NCBI GenBank assembly: GCA_040398845.1
Contig: JBBATH010000002.1
Span: forward strand, 75,559-139,558
Length of the DNA: 64,000 nucleotides
Direction of reading: 5' to 3'
Source of the DNA: Candidatus Nanopelagicales bacterium
GTDB lineage: Bacteria > Actinomycetota > Actinomycetes > S36-B12
Part shown: positions 36,849-46,104 of the stretch, one piece after another
Layout of the letters: each line of letters starts with the position of its first letter
How positions within the stretch are numbered: the first letter of the stretch is position 1
The notes under the pieces: model-generated
Database searches by the model: none
The model's input: the letters and a program-made list of their open reading frames with translations, nothing else
Told to the model about the DNA's origin: nothing
Translations under genes and position numbers: made by a program

Positions 36849-37931
36849 CTATCGGCCCAAGCGCCCGCGACTGAGCACGCGGGCGAGGGTGAACAAAATG
36901 GCGACGAAGATCATGAGAGCAAGTGCTGCTCCCCAGGCTCGGGTCACAGCATCCGGATACGGGAGTGCAACGTTATTGAAGATATAGGTCGGAAGCGAAG
37001 CCACAGGTGATCCGGTGGGATTGAGGATCGTCTGATCGCTATTGCCCGCCGCGAGGAGGAGAGGTGCCGTCTCGCCGATGATCCGGGCGATCCCAAGGAT
37101 TATCGCCGTTACGATGCCCGTTCGAGCCGCTGGCAGGACGACCCGAAAGACGGTTCGCGCACGCGTCGACCCGAGGGCCAGTGCCCCCGTCCGGAGTTCA
37201 TCGGGGACAAGGCGGAGCACCTCCTCAGTGGTGCGGGCAACGGTCGGGAGCATGAGGATGGCGTAGGCGAGGCCGCCAGCGAGTGCGCTCTGGGTGAGTG
37301 CACCCGTGACGATGAGGGTCGTGAGGATGAACAGACCGGCGACCACGGAGGGAACGCCGCTCATCGACTGGACGAAGAACCGCACATACGGCACGGCTCG
37401 TCCGCGCACCTCGGTGATGTAGATGGCGGTCGCGATGCCGATGGGCACCGCGACGAGGGATGCCAGAAAGACGATGAGCGCGGTGCCGAGAACCGCGTGC
37501 CCGATACCGCCGTACTCCAGCGGTGTGCTCGGACTGATGTAGATGTTGTTCTGTAGCAGGAAGGACGGCGACAGTGCCTTCCATCCGCGGACGATAAGTG
37601 CGCCGATGAGCGAGAGGAGGATCACTAGGCTGAAGACAGTCGCACCGATTGCGCTCACGATGACGATTGAGTCCGCGATGCCACGGCGGCCCCGGGTCAC
37701 GATTGATGCCAGCGTGGATGCAATGAGCTGCATCGGCAGGTAGATGGCCACGAGGAGCACCGGCGTTGGAATCGTGCTCGTCTGCCAAAGGAACCAGGTG
37801 ACCACCGCTGGGATTATGACGGCAAGAACGACCGCCAGCTTGAATCGTGGGGTGCGCTTGCGCCACGGGCGCTGCGGTCGTTGCTCGGTTAGGTTCGGCA
37901 GCGCCGTCGGGTCAAGGGTCTGAGTAGTCAC
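36849..37931 (-). CDS. pstA: phosphate ABC transporter permease PstA
   Basis: YITEVRGRAVPYVRFFVQSMSGVPSVVAGLF, and the EAA-loop region ALGSTRARTVFRVVLP. Confidence 0.9.
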   Translation of the reverse strand: MTTQTLDPTALPNLTEQRPQRPWRKRTPRFKLAVVLAVIIPAVVTWFLWQTSTIPTPVLLVAIYLPMQLIASTLASIVTRGRRGIADSIVIVSAIGATVFSLVILLSLIGALIVRGWKALSPSFLLQNNIYISPSTPLEYGGIGHAVLGTALIVFLASLVAVPIGIATAIYITEVRGRAVPYVRFFVQSMSGVPSVVAGLFILTTLIVTGALTQSALAGGLAYAILMLPTVARTTEEVLRLVPDELRTGALALGSTRARTVFRVVLPAARTGIVTAIILGIARIIGETAPLLLAAGNSDQTILNPTGSPVASLPTYIFNNVALPYPDAVTRAWGAALALMIFVAILFTLARVLSRGRLGR

Positions 37932-38899
37932 TTCTGCAACCGTCCAGTCCGGTTAACGATGAGATTTGCTAGGACGTTGACGATGAGGGTCATGATGAAC
38001 AGGAAGAAGCCGGAGGCGAGGAGCAACTGCAACTCGTACGGGCCGCTGATCTCTCCGAAGCGTGAAACGATGAGCGTGGCAACCGACCCGCCGCCTGACT
38101 CAATGATGTTGTACCAGTTAGTGTCGAAGACGATCTTCAAGACGAAGAAGACCGCGATCGTTTCACCGAGCGCCCGGCCAAGCCCCAGCATGATGCCGCC
38201 GACGATGCCGCCGCGGCCATACGGGAGTGCGACAAACCGCAGCATCGTCCACATCGAGCACCCGAGGGCCTCCGAGGCGTTCACCAAGTCCGGCGGGGTC
38301 CGACTAAGCACCTCACGCGTGACCGATGTGACGATGGGGATCATCATGATTGCGAGGACGAACCCGGCGATGAACGGGGTGCCGAGAAAGTTGCCCGAGG
38401 CGTTCTGGAAGATTGGAATCCAACCGAGGTACTGGTTGAGGAGCTGCTGCCAAACCTCAGCGGTGGGGTTGAGGACGTAGAACGCCCACAGGCCGAGGAT
38501 GACACTCGGGATCGCTGCCATGAGGTCGATGAGGTTCGTGAGCATCGAAGCGAGTTTCTTCGGGGCGAGAAACACCATGAAGATCGACATCATGAGCGAG
38601 GCCGGAACCGCAATGACCAACGCGACTACGGCGAGGAGGACCGAGCCGTACAGCATGCCCCAGATGCCCGCTGTGGGCGGATCAGTGTTGATGTCCCACG
38701 CAGTGGTCGTGAGGAAGGACAGGCCCTGGGTCTGAAGCACCGGAATCGTCTGCGCCCCGAGGAAGATCGCAATCCCGGCGAGGACGAATAGCGCCGAGAA
38801 CGCCGCGGCGGTGATCGTCCGGCTGAACACCCGGTCGCCGCGGTGAGCCGTCGCCGAGGCAGACAGGTTCCGTCGTTCTTGCACGTCCAAATCGGCCAT
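37928..38899 (-). CDS. pstC: phosphate ABC transporter permease PstC
   Basis: IDLMAAIPSVILGLWAFYVL and ASEALGCSMWTMLRFVALP. Overlaps pstA by 4 nt. Confidence 0.9.
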   Translation of the reverse strand: MADLDVQERRNLSASATAHRGDRVFSRTITAAAFSALFVLAGIAIFLGAQTIPVLQTQGLSFLTTTAWDINTDPPTAGIWGMLYGSVLLAVVALVIAVPASLMMSIFMVFLAPKKLASMLTNLIDLMAAIPSVILGLWAFYVLNPTAEVWQQLLNQYLGWIPIFQNASGNFLGTPFIAGFVLAIMMIPIVTSVTREVLSRTPPDLVNASEALGCSMWTMLRFVALPYGRGGIVGGIMLGLGRALGETIAVFFVLKIVFDTNWYNIIESGGGSVATLIVSRFGEISGPYELQLLLASGFFLFIMTLIVNVLANLIVNRTGRLQK

Positions 38900-38960
38900 G
38901 TGATGAGTCTTGCGAAGATCGGCATCGCAGGAGGGCGCTCAGCGTTAACGCTCGTCGACA

Positions 38961-38982
38961 ACTACATGAACGGAGGATGAAC
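38961..38982 (-). promoter_or_regulatory. PHO-box-like pair of 11-nt direct repeats upstream of pstC
   Basis: The minus strand reads GTTCATCCTCC GTTCATGTAGT, two exactly 11-nt-spaced units. They end 62 nt upstream of the pstC ATG. This matches the Streptomyces PhoP repeat-unit core GTTCAYY. Confidence 0.5.
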
Positions 38983-38990
38983 GAGCTCGA

Positions 38991-39497
38991 TTACGGCCGT
39001 TCCACCGCGTTTTTGACCCCCTTGGCTCCCATGCTCACCACGAGCATCCGCACGGTCTCGACACCCGTGTTCGTGCCGTTGTGCCACACGCCGACCGCTT
39101 CGATCAGGGCCGATCCAGCCCGGAACTCCTTCACAACTCCCCCGTCGTATTCAACGGTGATGGCGCCCTCGAGCACATACACATAGGTCGGCACCGGATT
39201 CTTGATCCAGCCAGTCTCCTGTCCAGGTTCGATCACCATAATCGAACTCGACACCTGCGCCTTGCCCTTGGTCGGATATCGAAGGGGCTGGTCCAGGACG
39301 GTGAGCCGTTGAGCATCAAAGAGGACTCGCGGTCCGCTGGCCGCAGCACCTCCCTGGGTCAGCACGCTCACAACGGCGGGGTCGTTGGACCCGCATCCCG
39401 TCACGATGCCCGCGCTCATGACGAAAGAAGCGACGAGGAATACACCGGATCTCCGCACCCTTCGACGATAGCCCATGGCCCGAGCAGCATGGCGCAT
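38991..39497 (-). CDS. cupin-domain lipoprotein
   Basis: Lipobox IVTGC after a basic N-terminus. Cupin-like YVYVLEGAITVEY...GVWHNGTN. Start uncertain. Confidence 0.5.
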   Translation of the reverse strand: MRHAARAMGYRRRVRRSGVFLVASFVMSAGIVTGCGSNDPAVVSVLTQGGAAASGPRVLFDAQRLTVLDQPLRYPTKGKAQVSSSIMVIEPGQETGWIKNPVPTYVYVLEGAITVEYDGGVVKEFRAGSALIEAVGVWHNGTNTGVETVRMLVVSMGAKGVKNAVERP

Positions 39498-39526
39498 GTT
39501 CGCCCTGTGGTTATTTCGTTCTGTGG

Positions 39527-40252
39527 TTGTATCCGCAGATGGACATCCTCAGTTGGCTCAGGCCGGCGCGCACCGTTCCGATCACCCGTTGGCGTTCGTC
39601 CTCACGCTGGCGCGCACGTCCCGGCACCCTCTCCATCCTCGCGCTGGGCCTCTATCTCTTCGGCACCGGCGACGCGATGCTCGTCCAGTCTGGGCTAGGA
39701 GTCAGCCCCTGGACCGTCCTCGCCCAGGGCCTCGCCGCCCGGCTTGGCGTATCCATTGGCCTCGCGACATTCATCGTGAGCGTCGCCGTCCTCCTGCTCT
39801 GGATCCCACTCCGTGAGCGACCCGGCCTCGGGACTATCTCCAACGCGGTCATCATCGCGGTCGCTCTTCAGGTCGGCGTGACGTTCCTGCCGAGCCCCTC
39901 GAACGTGTTCACTCAATTCGCCTTCGTGATCGGGGGGATCCTCATCATTGGGCTGGGCAGCGGCCTCTACCTCACTACCCGCATGGGCCCAGGGCCGCGT
40001 GACGGCTGGATGACCGGCATCCATCTGCGCACCGGGTGGCCGGTGAGTGGCGTCCGCTTGGGTATCGAGGTCGTCGTGCTCGCCGCGGGCTGGCTGCTCG
40101 GCGGGACCGTCGGCATTGGCACGGTCATGTTCGCCATCCTCATCGGACCTTCGGTCGGATACGGACTCATGCTCGTTGGAGCCGTCGGACGCGACCCGAA
40201 CGCCGCGATTCCGGTCGAACAGGACCCCGACTTTCCAGAGCTCGACGCCTAA
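39527..40252 (+). CDS. YczE/YitT-like integral membrane protein
   Basis: About 6 TM helices. Resembles the YczE family in GTGDAMLVQSGLGVSPWTVL and GPGPRDGWMTG. Confidence 0.45.
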   Translation: MYPQMDILSWLRPARTVPITRWRSSSRWRARPGTLSILALGLYLFGTGDAMLVQSGLGVSPWTVLAQGLAARLGVSIGLATFIVSVAVLLLWIPLRERPGLGTISNAVIIAVALQVGVTFLPSPSNVFTQFAFVIGGILIIGLGSGLYLTTRMGPGPRDGWMTGIHLRTGWPVSGVRLGIEVVVLAAGWLLGGTVGIGTVMFAILIGPSVGYGLMLVGAVGRDPNAAIPVEQDPDFPELDA

Positions 40253-40366
40253 GGTCCACCCACTTGGCATGACCATGTCTCCCGGAAACGAACCCACGGT
40301 GCCCCCGCTTCGGCGCCCTCAAGCGAGGCGTCCCCGCCAGCCCGCGTGTGCAGCTCAGCGAGGCTC

Positions 40367-41218
40367 CTACTTGATCGTCGTCCGACTGAACTTGCGCACC
40401 GAGAGCGTCGCAAAGACCGCAATGATGAGCGCGCACGCCATGACGGTGTAAGGGATCGGATGCTGCAGCGGCCAGTAGTCGGGCTGGATACCAGTTGGGT
40501 TACCGAAGAGCTCACGGGTCGCAAGAACAAGGGTCGAAACCGGATTGAAGGCAGCGAATGCCTGCAGCCAATCGGGCATCGACGAGATGGGCACGAAGGC
40601 ATTTGACAGGAAGGTCACGGGGAAGAGCCAAGCGAGCCCGGCGGTGCTCGCCGTCTCCGGATTCGGCATCGCCAAGCCGATCGTCGAACCCACCCATGAC
40701 ACGGTGTACGCGAACAGCAGAAGCAGCAAATAGGCGTAGATCGCGTTCAGGAGTCCCCCGGTGATGCGCCAGCCGATGATGAACCCGGTGATGCTCAGCA
40801 CGGCGAGGACGAGTGTTTGTCGCGCAGCGTCGGCGAAGGTGCGGCCGATGAGCACTGCGCCGTGCGCCATCGGCAGCGCCCTGAATCGGTCAATGAGGCC
40901 CTTGCGCATGTCCTCCGCTATGCCGACAGTGCTGGCAGCCGCGGCAAACGCCACCGTCTGCCCAAAAATCCCAGGCATGAGGTAGTTGCGATAGGCATTG
41001 GCCGCCTCCTCGGGATTCGCCCCGTCCCCAGGAATGGGGATCGCCCCGCCGAAGACGTAGGCGAAGAGGAGCACGAAGATGACCGGCTGGACGAGGGAGA
41101 AGAACAGCGACTCAGGTACCCGGATCGACTGGATGAGGTTGCGGCGCGCGACAACAATGCCATCGTGAATGGCCCAGCCAACGATTGGCCGGCTCCGCAC
41201 CGGTGCAACGGTGGTCAT
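40367..41218 (-). CDS. ABC-2 type transporter permease
   Basis: 283 aa, 6 TM helices. Overlaps the upstream ATPase gene by 4 nt (DrrB-like arrangement). Confidence 0.75.
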   Translation of the reverse strand: MTTVAPVRSRPIVGWAIHDGIVVARRNLIQSIRVPESLFFSLVQPVIFVLLFAYVFGGAIPIPGDGANPEEAANAYRNYLMPGIFGQTVAFAAAASTVGIAEDMRKGLIDRFRALPMAHGAVLIGRTFADAARQTLVLAVLSITGFIIGWRITGGLLNAIYAYLLLLLFAYTVSWVGSTIGLAMPNPETASTAGLAWLFPVTFLSNAFVPISSMPDWLQAFAAFNPVSTLVLATRELFGNPTGIQPDYWPLQHPIPYTVMACALIIAVFATLSVRKFSRTTIK

Positions 41219-42213
41219 GATTGACGTCCCCTTCGGCCGCGCTTGGCTACGACTGGTGTTTCTTCCTCGGCAGCGTGGCCGGTGAGCGACATGAAGACAT
41301 CATCGAGGGTGGGCCTTCGGAGCAAGAGGTCACTCACCTCGATCCCGGCAACGTCCAGTGCTCGAATCGCATTCACGAGAACTGTCGAGCCGCCCGAGAC
41401 AGGAGCCGAGACCCGCCCCTCCTCGATCGCGGGCTCACCGGTGCTCACTGTTCGCAGAACATCTGCAGCGGCGCTGGCCTGACCGAGGTTCACGACCGTG
41501 ACCTCAATACGGTCACCGCCGATCTGGTCCTTGAGCACCTCGGCAGTGCCGTGCGCGATGACACGTCCGTGATCAATCACCACGATGTCCTGAGCAAGCT
41601 GATCGGCCTCCTCGAGGTACTGGGTCGTGAGGAGCACTGTCGTGCCCTCGGCAACGAGGCCCTCGATCACCGCCCACATTCCGAGCCGCGATCGAGGATC
41701 AAGGCCGGTGGTCGGCTCGTCAAGGAAGAGAATGGACGGCCGCGCGATGAGACTGGAAGCAAGGTCGAGCCTTCGTCTCATACCACCGGAGTAGGTGCGA
41801 ACGGATCTATCGGCGGCCTCCGATAGATCAAACGAGTCGAGGAGCTCCTGGGAACGGCGCTTTACGTAATTGGGTTCGAGATGGTAAAGATCACCGAACA
41901 TTCGCAGATTTTCACGGCCGGTGAGGTACTCGTCGACCGCTGCGTACTGCCCCGTAAGGCCAATCGCGCGGCGCACCTCATCCGGCTGGGTCACAACATC
42001 GAATCCGGAGACTCGGGCAGTGCCCGCGGTCGGGGTGAGAAGGGTCGAGAGGATCCGGACCATCGTGGTCTTGCCTGCACCATTCGGGCCGAGCAGTCCG
42101 ACCACCTGACCCCGCTCGACCGTGAGATCCATACCGTCGAGCGCGACAACGTCACCGAACTTCTTCACCACACCTTCAGCAAAGACTGCCGTGTCATCAC
42201 TCATATCGGGCAC
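41215..42213 (-). CDS. ABC transporter ATP-binding protein (DrrA-like)
   Basis: GPNGAGKTT, YSGGMRRRL, ILFLDEPTTGLD. Confidence 0.9.
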   Translation of the reverse strand: MPDMSDDTAVFAEGVVKKFGDVVALDGMDLTVERGQVVGLLGPNGAGKTTMVRILSTLLTPTAGTARVSGFDVVTQPDEVRRAIGLTGQYAAVDEYLTGRENLRMFGDLYHLEPNYVKRRSQELLDSFDLSEAADRSVRTYSGGMRRRLDLASSLIARPSILFLDEPTTGLDPRSRLGMWAVIEGLVAEGTTVLLTTQYLEEADQLAQDIVVIDHGRVIAHGTAEVLKDQIGGDRIEVTVVNLGQASAAADVLRTVSTGEPAIEEGRVSAPVSGGSTVLVNAIRALDVAGIEVSDLLLRRPTLDDVFMSLTGHAAEEETPVVAKRGRRGRQS

Positions 42214-42232
42214 CCTACCGAAGGCACACGAC

Positions 42233-43465
42233 TCAGCCGAAATCGTGGCTGATCAACTGCGAGACCACGCGATACTCAGCTTCGAGGACCCCGAGCACCT
42301 CATCGCAGTGCTCCGCGCCGCGCGTTTCCATCTGCACCACAATGTCGACCTCATCAACCCCGAGGCCCACATCGAGTCGATCGTGTCGAACCTCGAGAAC
42401 ATTGGCCCGCAGGTCCTTCACCTCCGCCAGAAGTCGGGCGAGGGACCCGGGTTTGTCCGGTACCCGCACCGAAACCGTGAGGTAACGTCCGGCGGCTGCC
42501 AAACCATGTCGAATGATCCGGAGGAGGAGCAGGGAGTCGACATTGCCACCCGAGATGACGACGGCAACGGGCGGCTCGAAGGACTGCGGGTTCGCAAGGA
42601 CGGCCGCAGTTGCCACCGCCCCAGCCGGCTCGACGAGCAGCTTCGCACGCTCAAGCAGGAGAAGTACCGCCCGAGAGATCTCCACCTCCGAGACCGTCTC
42701 AATGTCATCGACATAGTCCTGGACGATGGCAAACGGCACGGCGCCAGGTCGTCCGACAGCGATGCCGTCCGCCATCGTCGCCATCCGCTCGAGGGGCAAT
42801 GGTCTTCCCGCCGCCAGTGACGCAGGGTAAGCAGCAGCCTCCTGCGCCTGAACCCCCACCACGCGCACATCAGGACGCTGAGACTTCACCGCCATTGCGA
42901 TGCCAGCAAGCAGGCCACCCCCGCCCGTGCACACCACGATTGTGCGGACATCAGGGATCTTTCGAAGGATCTCCAGCCCGACCGTGCCCTGGCCCGCGAC
43001 GATGTCGACGTGATCGAATGGATGGATGAGCACAGCGCCGGTCTCATCGCCGAAGGCAATGGCCGCCGACAGCGCCTCGTCGATCGTCGACCCGGCGAAT
43101 CGAACCTCTGCCCCATAGGCACGTGTCGCTTGCACCTTGGGGATAGTCGCACCCTCAGGCATGAACACGGTCGCCCGGACCCCCAGAAGCTGAGCTGCCA
43201 GCGCAACCCCCTGGGCGTGATTGCCCGCACTTGCAGCCACAACACCTCGCCCGCGCTCCTCCTCGGACAGGAGCGAGATCCGGTTATAGGCGCCCCGGAT
43301 CTTGAACGAGCCGGCACGTTGCAGGTTCTCGGTGATGAGATGCACCCGGCCGCCTACCCGGTCATCGAGCCATCTGGCCCCGGCAATCGGCAACTCTCGG
43401 ATTACCCCCGATAGTCGCTCGGCCGCTGCTTCGATGTCACCGAGCGTCACAGTGGTTGTGCTCAT
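42233..43465 (-). CDS. ilvA: threonine ammonia-lyase
   Basis: PLP lysine motif GSFKIRGA, SAGNHAQG, and a C-terminal ACT-like regulatory domain. 410 aa. Confidence 0.9.
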   Translation of the reverse strand: MSTTTVTLGDIEAAAERLSGVIRELPIAGARWLDDRVGGRVHLITENLQRAGSFKIRGAYNRISLLSEEERGRGVVAASAGNHAQGVALAAQLLGVRATVFMPEGATIPKVQATRAYGAEVRFAGSTIDEALSAAIAFGDETGAVLIHPFDHVDIVAGQGTVGLEILRKIPDVRTIVVCTGGGGLLAGIAMAVKSQRPDVRVVGVQAQEAAAYPASLAAGRPLPLERMATMADGIAVGRPGAVPFAIVQDYVDDIETVSEVEISRAVLLLLERAKLLVEPAGAVATAAVLANPQSFEPPVAVVISGGNVDSLLLLRIIRHGLAAAGRYLTVSVRVPDKPGSLARLLAEVKDLRANVLEVRHDRLDVGLGVDEVDIVVQMETRGAEHCDEVLGVLEAEYRVVSQLISHDFG

Positions 43466-44271
43466 GGGCTCGATCCTTGCACCGGCTTCTTGCCAGGCAG
43501 AGCTTGCTGCGCCGCGAGCCTCGCCAAGGACGCGGCCCTTCGCCCAGCATTGCCCGAGGATCCGCCGTCACCTCGCACTCCACCCGTGTACCCGGCCCAG
43601 GACCCACGAGCCTTCGAGGTGCTGCAATGGAAGTCGCCGATCTCCTCCGACTTCTCGCGCAGCACGAGCGACCGATCAATTCCATCGGGCTCCGCCGGTG
43701 CCCGATACGCCTGCTCAGTGGCCGCCTCGCGAGCCTCGGACAGGCGCTCATGAATCCTTGGGACGTACGCCTGATAAAACGCCACCCTCGCCGTCTGGGC
43801 TGTGTGCTGCTTCACCACCTGACGGGTGCGTGCACCCTCCTTGACCACGGCGACGTATGTTTCCCGCCGCCACGGGCCAACCGCAAGCCAGGTCTGTGCC
43901 GCCGCCGTCATCTGCACTGCTAGCGATGAGAACAGTGCATTCACCACCTCTAGGTCAGAGGGCATTCCGTAGGCAATAACGAAGGTTGAATCTGACGCGA
44001 CGTCGAGCTTGACGTCATTCGCCTGTGACACCGCGATGAACAGCGAGATGAGGTGACGGTTCGCGCGCTTGCCCTTGTCGCCAATGATGACGGTGCGCAT
44101 CTCGGGTTGCTCCCGCTGCTCCTTTTTTGCCGTGCGAGACCTCGCCATCGCCAGATCGATGCTCGCGGCAGTCGCCAGGGACTGTGCCTTCATCAGGTAG
44201 GCATCGGCCTCTTCTGCGTTGTCGGTGCGCTCTGCCTTGGCCAGCAGGGCAGCGATTCGGTCAATCGACAT
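43462..44271 (-). CDS. DUF2786 domain protein
   Basis: IDRIAALLAKAERTDNAEEADAYLMKAQSL is the DUF2786 signature helix pair. Start trimmed to MSIDRI. The stop overlaps the ilvA start. Confidence 0.65.
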   Translation of the reverse strand: MSIDRIAALLAKAERTDNAEEADAYLMKAQSLATAASIDLAMARSRTAKKEQREQPEMRTVIIGDKGKRANRHLISLFIAVSQANDVKLDVASDSTFVIAYGMPSDLEVVNALFSSLAVQMTAAAQTWLAVGPWRRETYVAVVKEGARTRQVVKQHTAQTARVAFYQAYVPRIHERLSEAREAATEQAYRAPAEPDGIDRSLVLREKSEEIGDFHCSTSKARGSWAGYTGGVRGDGGSSGNAGRRAASLARLAAQQALPGKKPVQGSSP

Positions 44272-44761
44272 GGGCGGGAACCACCAGTCCCTTCGACTCA
44301 AAGCAGCTCCGCAGGAGGAGAGCAGACTCCAGCGTCTGAGCACGACCAACGAGCTCGACCATCACGGCGCGAAATCGGGGGCCGTGGGCCGCTTGTGGAG
44401 CATGAGAGCCCTGGCAGAAGGCGGAATTGCGGTGATGGGCGAACTCGTGCAGCAAAACCGACTCCCGGCAGGCCCAGGTCGCAGCCATCGGAATGGCGAT
44501 CACTCCGTCTGAGTAATGCGCTCGGGTATCGCCGCGTCGATGCCGCGCCGAGACCGGCGAAATGTCCGGATACATCGTCACCAAGTTCTCGACATACTGC
44601 TGAACCGCAGGCAACGATCCGAACCGGGTCTGCACTGGCAACTCGAGGCGAGAGCCGAAGAAGTCGATGACACCGCCTCGATCAATCGCCGCGGACCATT
44701 GGTCCTCGGCTGCGTAGACCGCCGCGCGATCGACGTCCCTGCTCATCGTGGCACCTGCCAT
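44261..44761 (-). CDS. putative HExxH metallohydrolase (TIGR04338-like)
   Basis: LLHEFAHH zinc motif. About 160 aa. Overlaps the DUF2786 gene start by 11 nt. Confidence 0.55.
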   Translation of the reverse strand: MAGATMSRDVDRAAVYAAEDQWSAAIDRGGVIDFFGSRLELPVQTRFGSLPAVQQYVENLVTMYPDISPVSARHRRGDTRAHYSDGVIAIPMAATWACRESVLLHEFAHHRNSAFCQGSHAPQAAHGPRFRAVMVELVGRAQTLESALLLRSCFESKGLVVPAHVD

Positions 44762-44799
44762 CGAACCTCCCCTGAATGTACCGAGGATAAGGTCACCGG

Positions 44800-46104
44800 G
44801 TGGGTCCTGTTACTCGCCTGCAGGGCGCAATCCGAAGCACGCCGATGCTTCGCGATCTTCCGCGCGAGGTCGCAGTGCTCTCCGCCGTCGCATTCTGCGT
44901 CGCGCTCGGATTCGGGATCCTAGCGCCCGCCCTACCCGTCTTCGCTCGGACCTTCGACGTCACCGCCCTTCAGGCAAGTGCCGTCATCTCCGTGTTCGCT
45001 CTCGTCCGCTTCGTCACATCACCGATCTCCGGTGTCATGGTCGATCGCTGGGGCGAACGAGTCGTACTCACGAGCGGACTCATAATTGTCGCAGTCTCCA
45101 GTGCCGCAGCGGGATTTTCACAGTCGTACCATCAACTCCTGGTCCTACGCGGCATTGGCGGCCTCGGATCGTCCATGTTCACGGTCTCGGCCCTCGCACT
45201 GCTCCTGCGCGTCGTTCACTCCTCTCAGCGCGGCCGAGCCGCAGGCGCCTTCCAAGGTGGTTTCCTCCTCGGTGGAGTCACAGGTCCCGCTGTCGGCGGT
45301 CTCGTCGTCGCCTGGTCCATCAGGGCACCGTTCTTCGTCTACGCAGCCACCCTCGGGCTCGCCGCCGTCGTCGCGGTCGGATTCCTCGCCAAGGCGCACC
45401 TTGCTGAGCGCGAGCAGGAGGTCTCGCACGGGGAGGCAGGCAAGTTTGAGCGACTTCGCGAGGCCTTCCAGGATCGTGGATACCGGGCAGCCCTCGGGGT
45501 GAGCCTCGTCACGGGGTTCGTCGTCTTCGGAATGCGCGCCTCCATCGTTCCGCTGTTCATCACCGAGGGCATGGACAAGAGTGCGTCCCTCGTCGGCATC
45601 GGTTTTCTCATCGCTGCTGCATGCCAGGCCGTGCTCCTCCTGCCTGCCGGACGAATGGCCGATACGGAGGGCAGGCGCAAGGCAATGCTCATCGGCACGG
45701 TCACCACGGCGGTCGGCATGTTGGCGCTCACCGCAGCCGACGTGGTCGTTAACGGGTGGGGCACTACCGCAGTTGCCGCCACGGCGTTGTTCCTGCTCGC
45801 CATGGCAATTCAGGGAGTCGCGGGAGCGTTCCTTGCCTCCGCTCCAGCGGCGGTCGTCGGTGACGTCGTGGGTGGGCGCAAGGGAGGTGTCGTCGTCGCG
45901 ACCTTTCAGATGATGTCTGATCTCGGTGCCGTGCTCGGACCCCTCATCGCCGGAGTGCTCGTCGACATGTTCGATTTCGACTGGGCATTTGCAGCGGGTT
46001 CGGCTTTGAGCGTCGGAGCGGTTATCTTGGTTCTCGTGATGCCTGAAACGTTGCATCGCACAACCGCATCAAATGACGATCACTCCGAGGAGAACGTTTC
46101 GTGA
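44800..46104 (+). CDS. MFS transporter
   Basis: About 12 TM helices. MFS motif A in both halves (GVMVDRWGERV and AGRMADTEGRRKA). Confidence 0.85.
   Translation: MGPVTRLQGAIRSTPMLRDLPREVAVLSAVAFCVALGFGILAPALPVFARTFDVTALQASAVISVFALVRFVTSPISGVMVDRWGERVVLTSGLIIVAVSSAAAGFSQSYHQLLVLRGIGGLGSSMFTVSALALLLRVVHSSQRGRAAGAFQGGFLLGGVTGPAVGGLVVAWSIRAPFFVYAATLGLAAVVAVGFLAKAHLAEREQEVSHGEAGKFERLREAFQDRGYRAALGVSLVTGFVVFGMRASIVPLFITEGMDKSASLVGIGFLIAAACQAVLLLPAGRMADTEGRRKAMLIGTVTTAVGMLALTAADVVVNGWGTTAVAATALFLLAMAIQGVAGAFLASAPAAVVGDVVGGRKGGVVVATFQMMSDLGAVLGPLIAGVLVDMFDFDWAFAAGSALSVGAVILVLVMPETLHRTTASNDDHSEENVS

Noticed and set aside
45145-46056. 303-aa minus-strand ORF inside the MFS gene
   Set aside because: It is an antisense shadow ORF with a charged, low-complexity translation. 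The plus-strand frame has 12 TM-like segments and MFS motif A twice.
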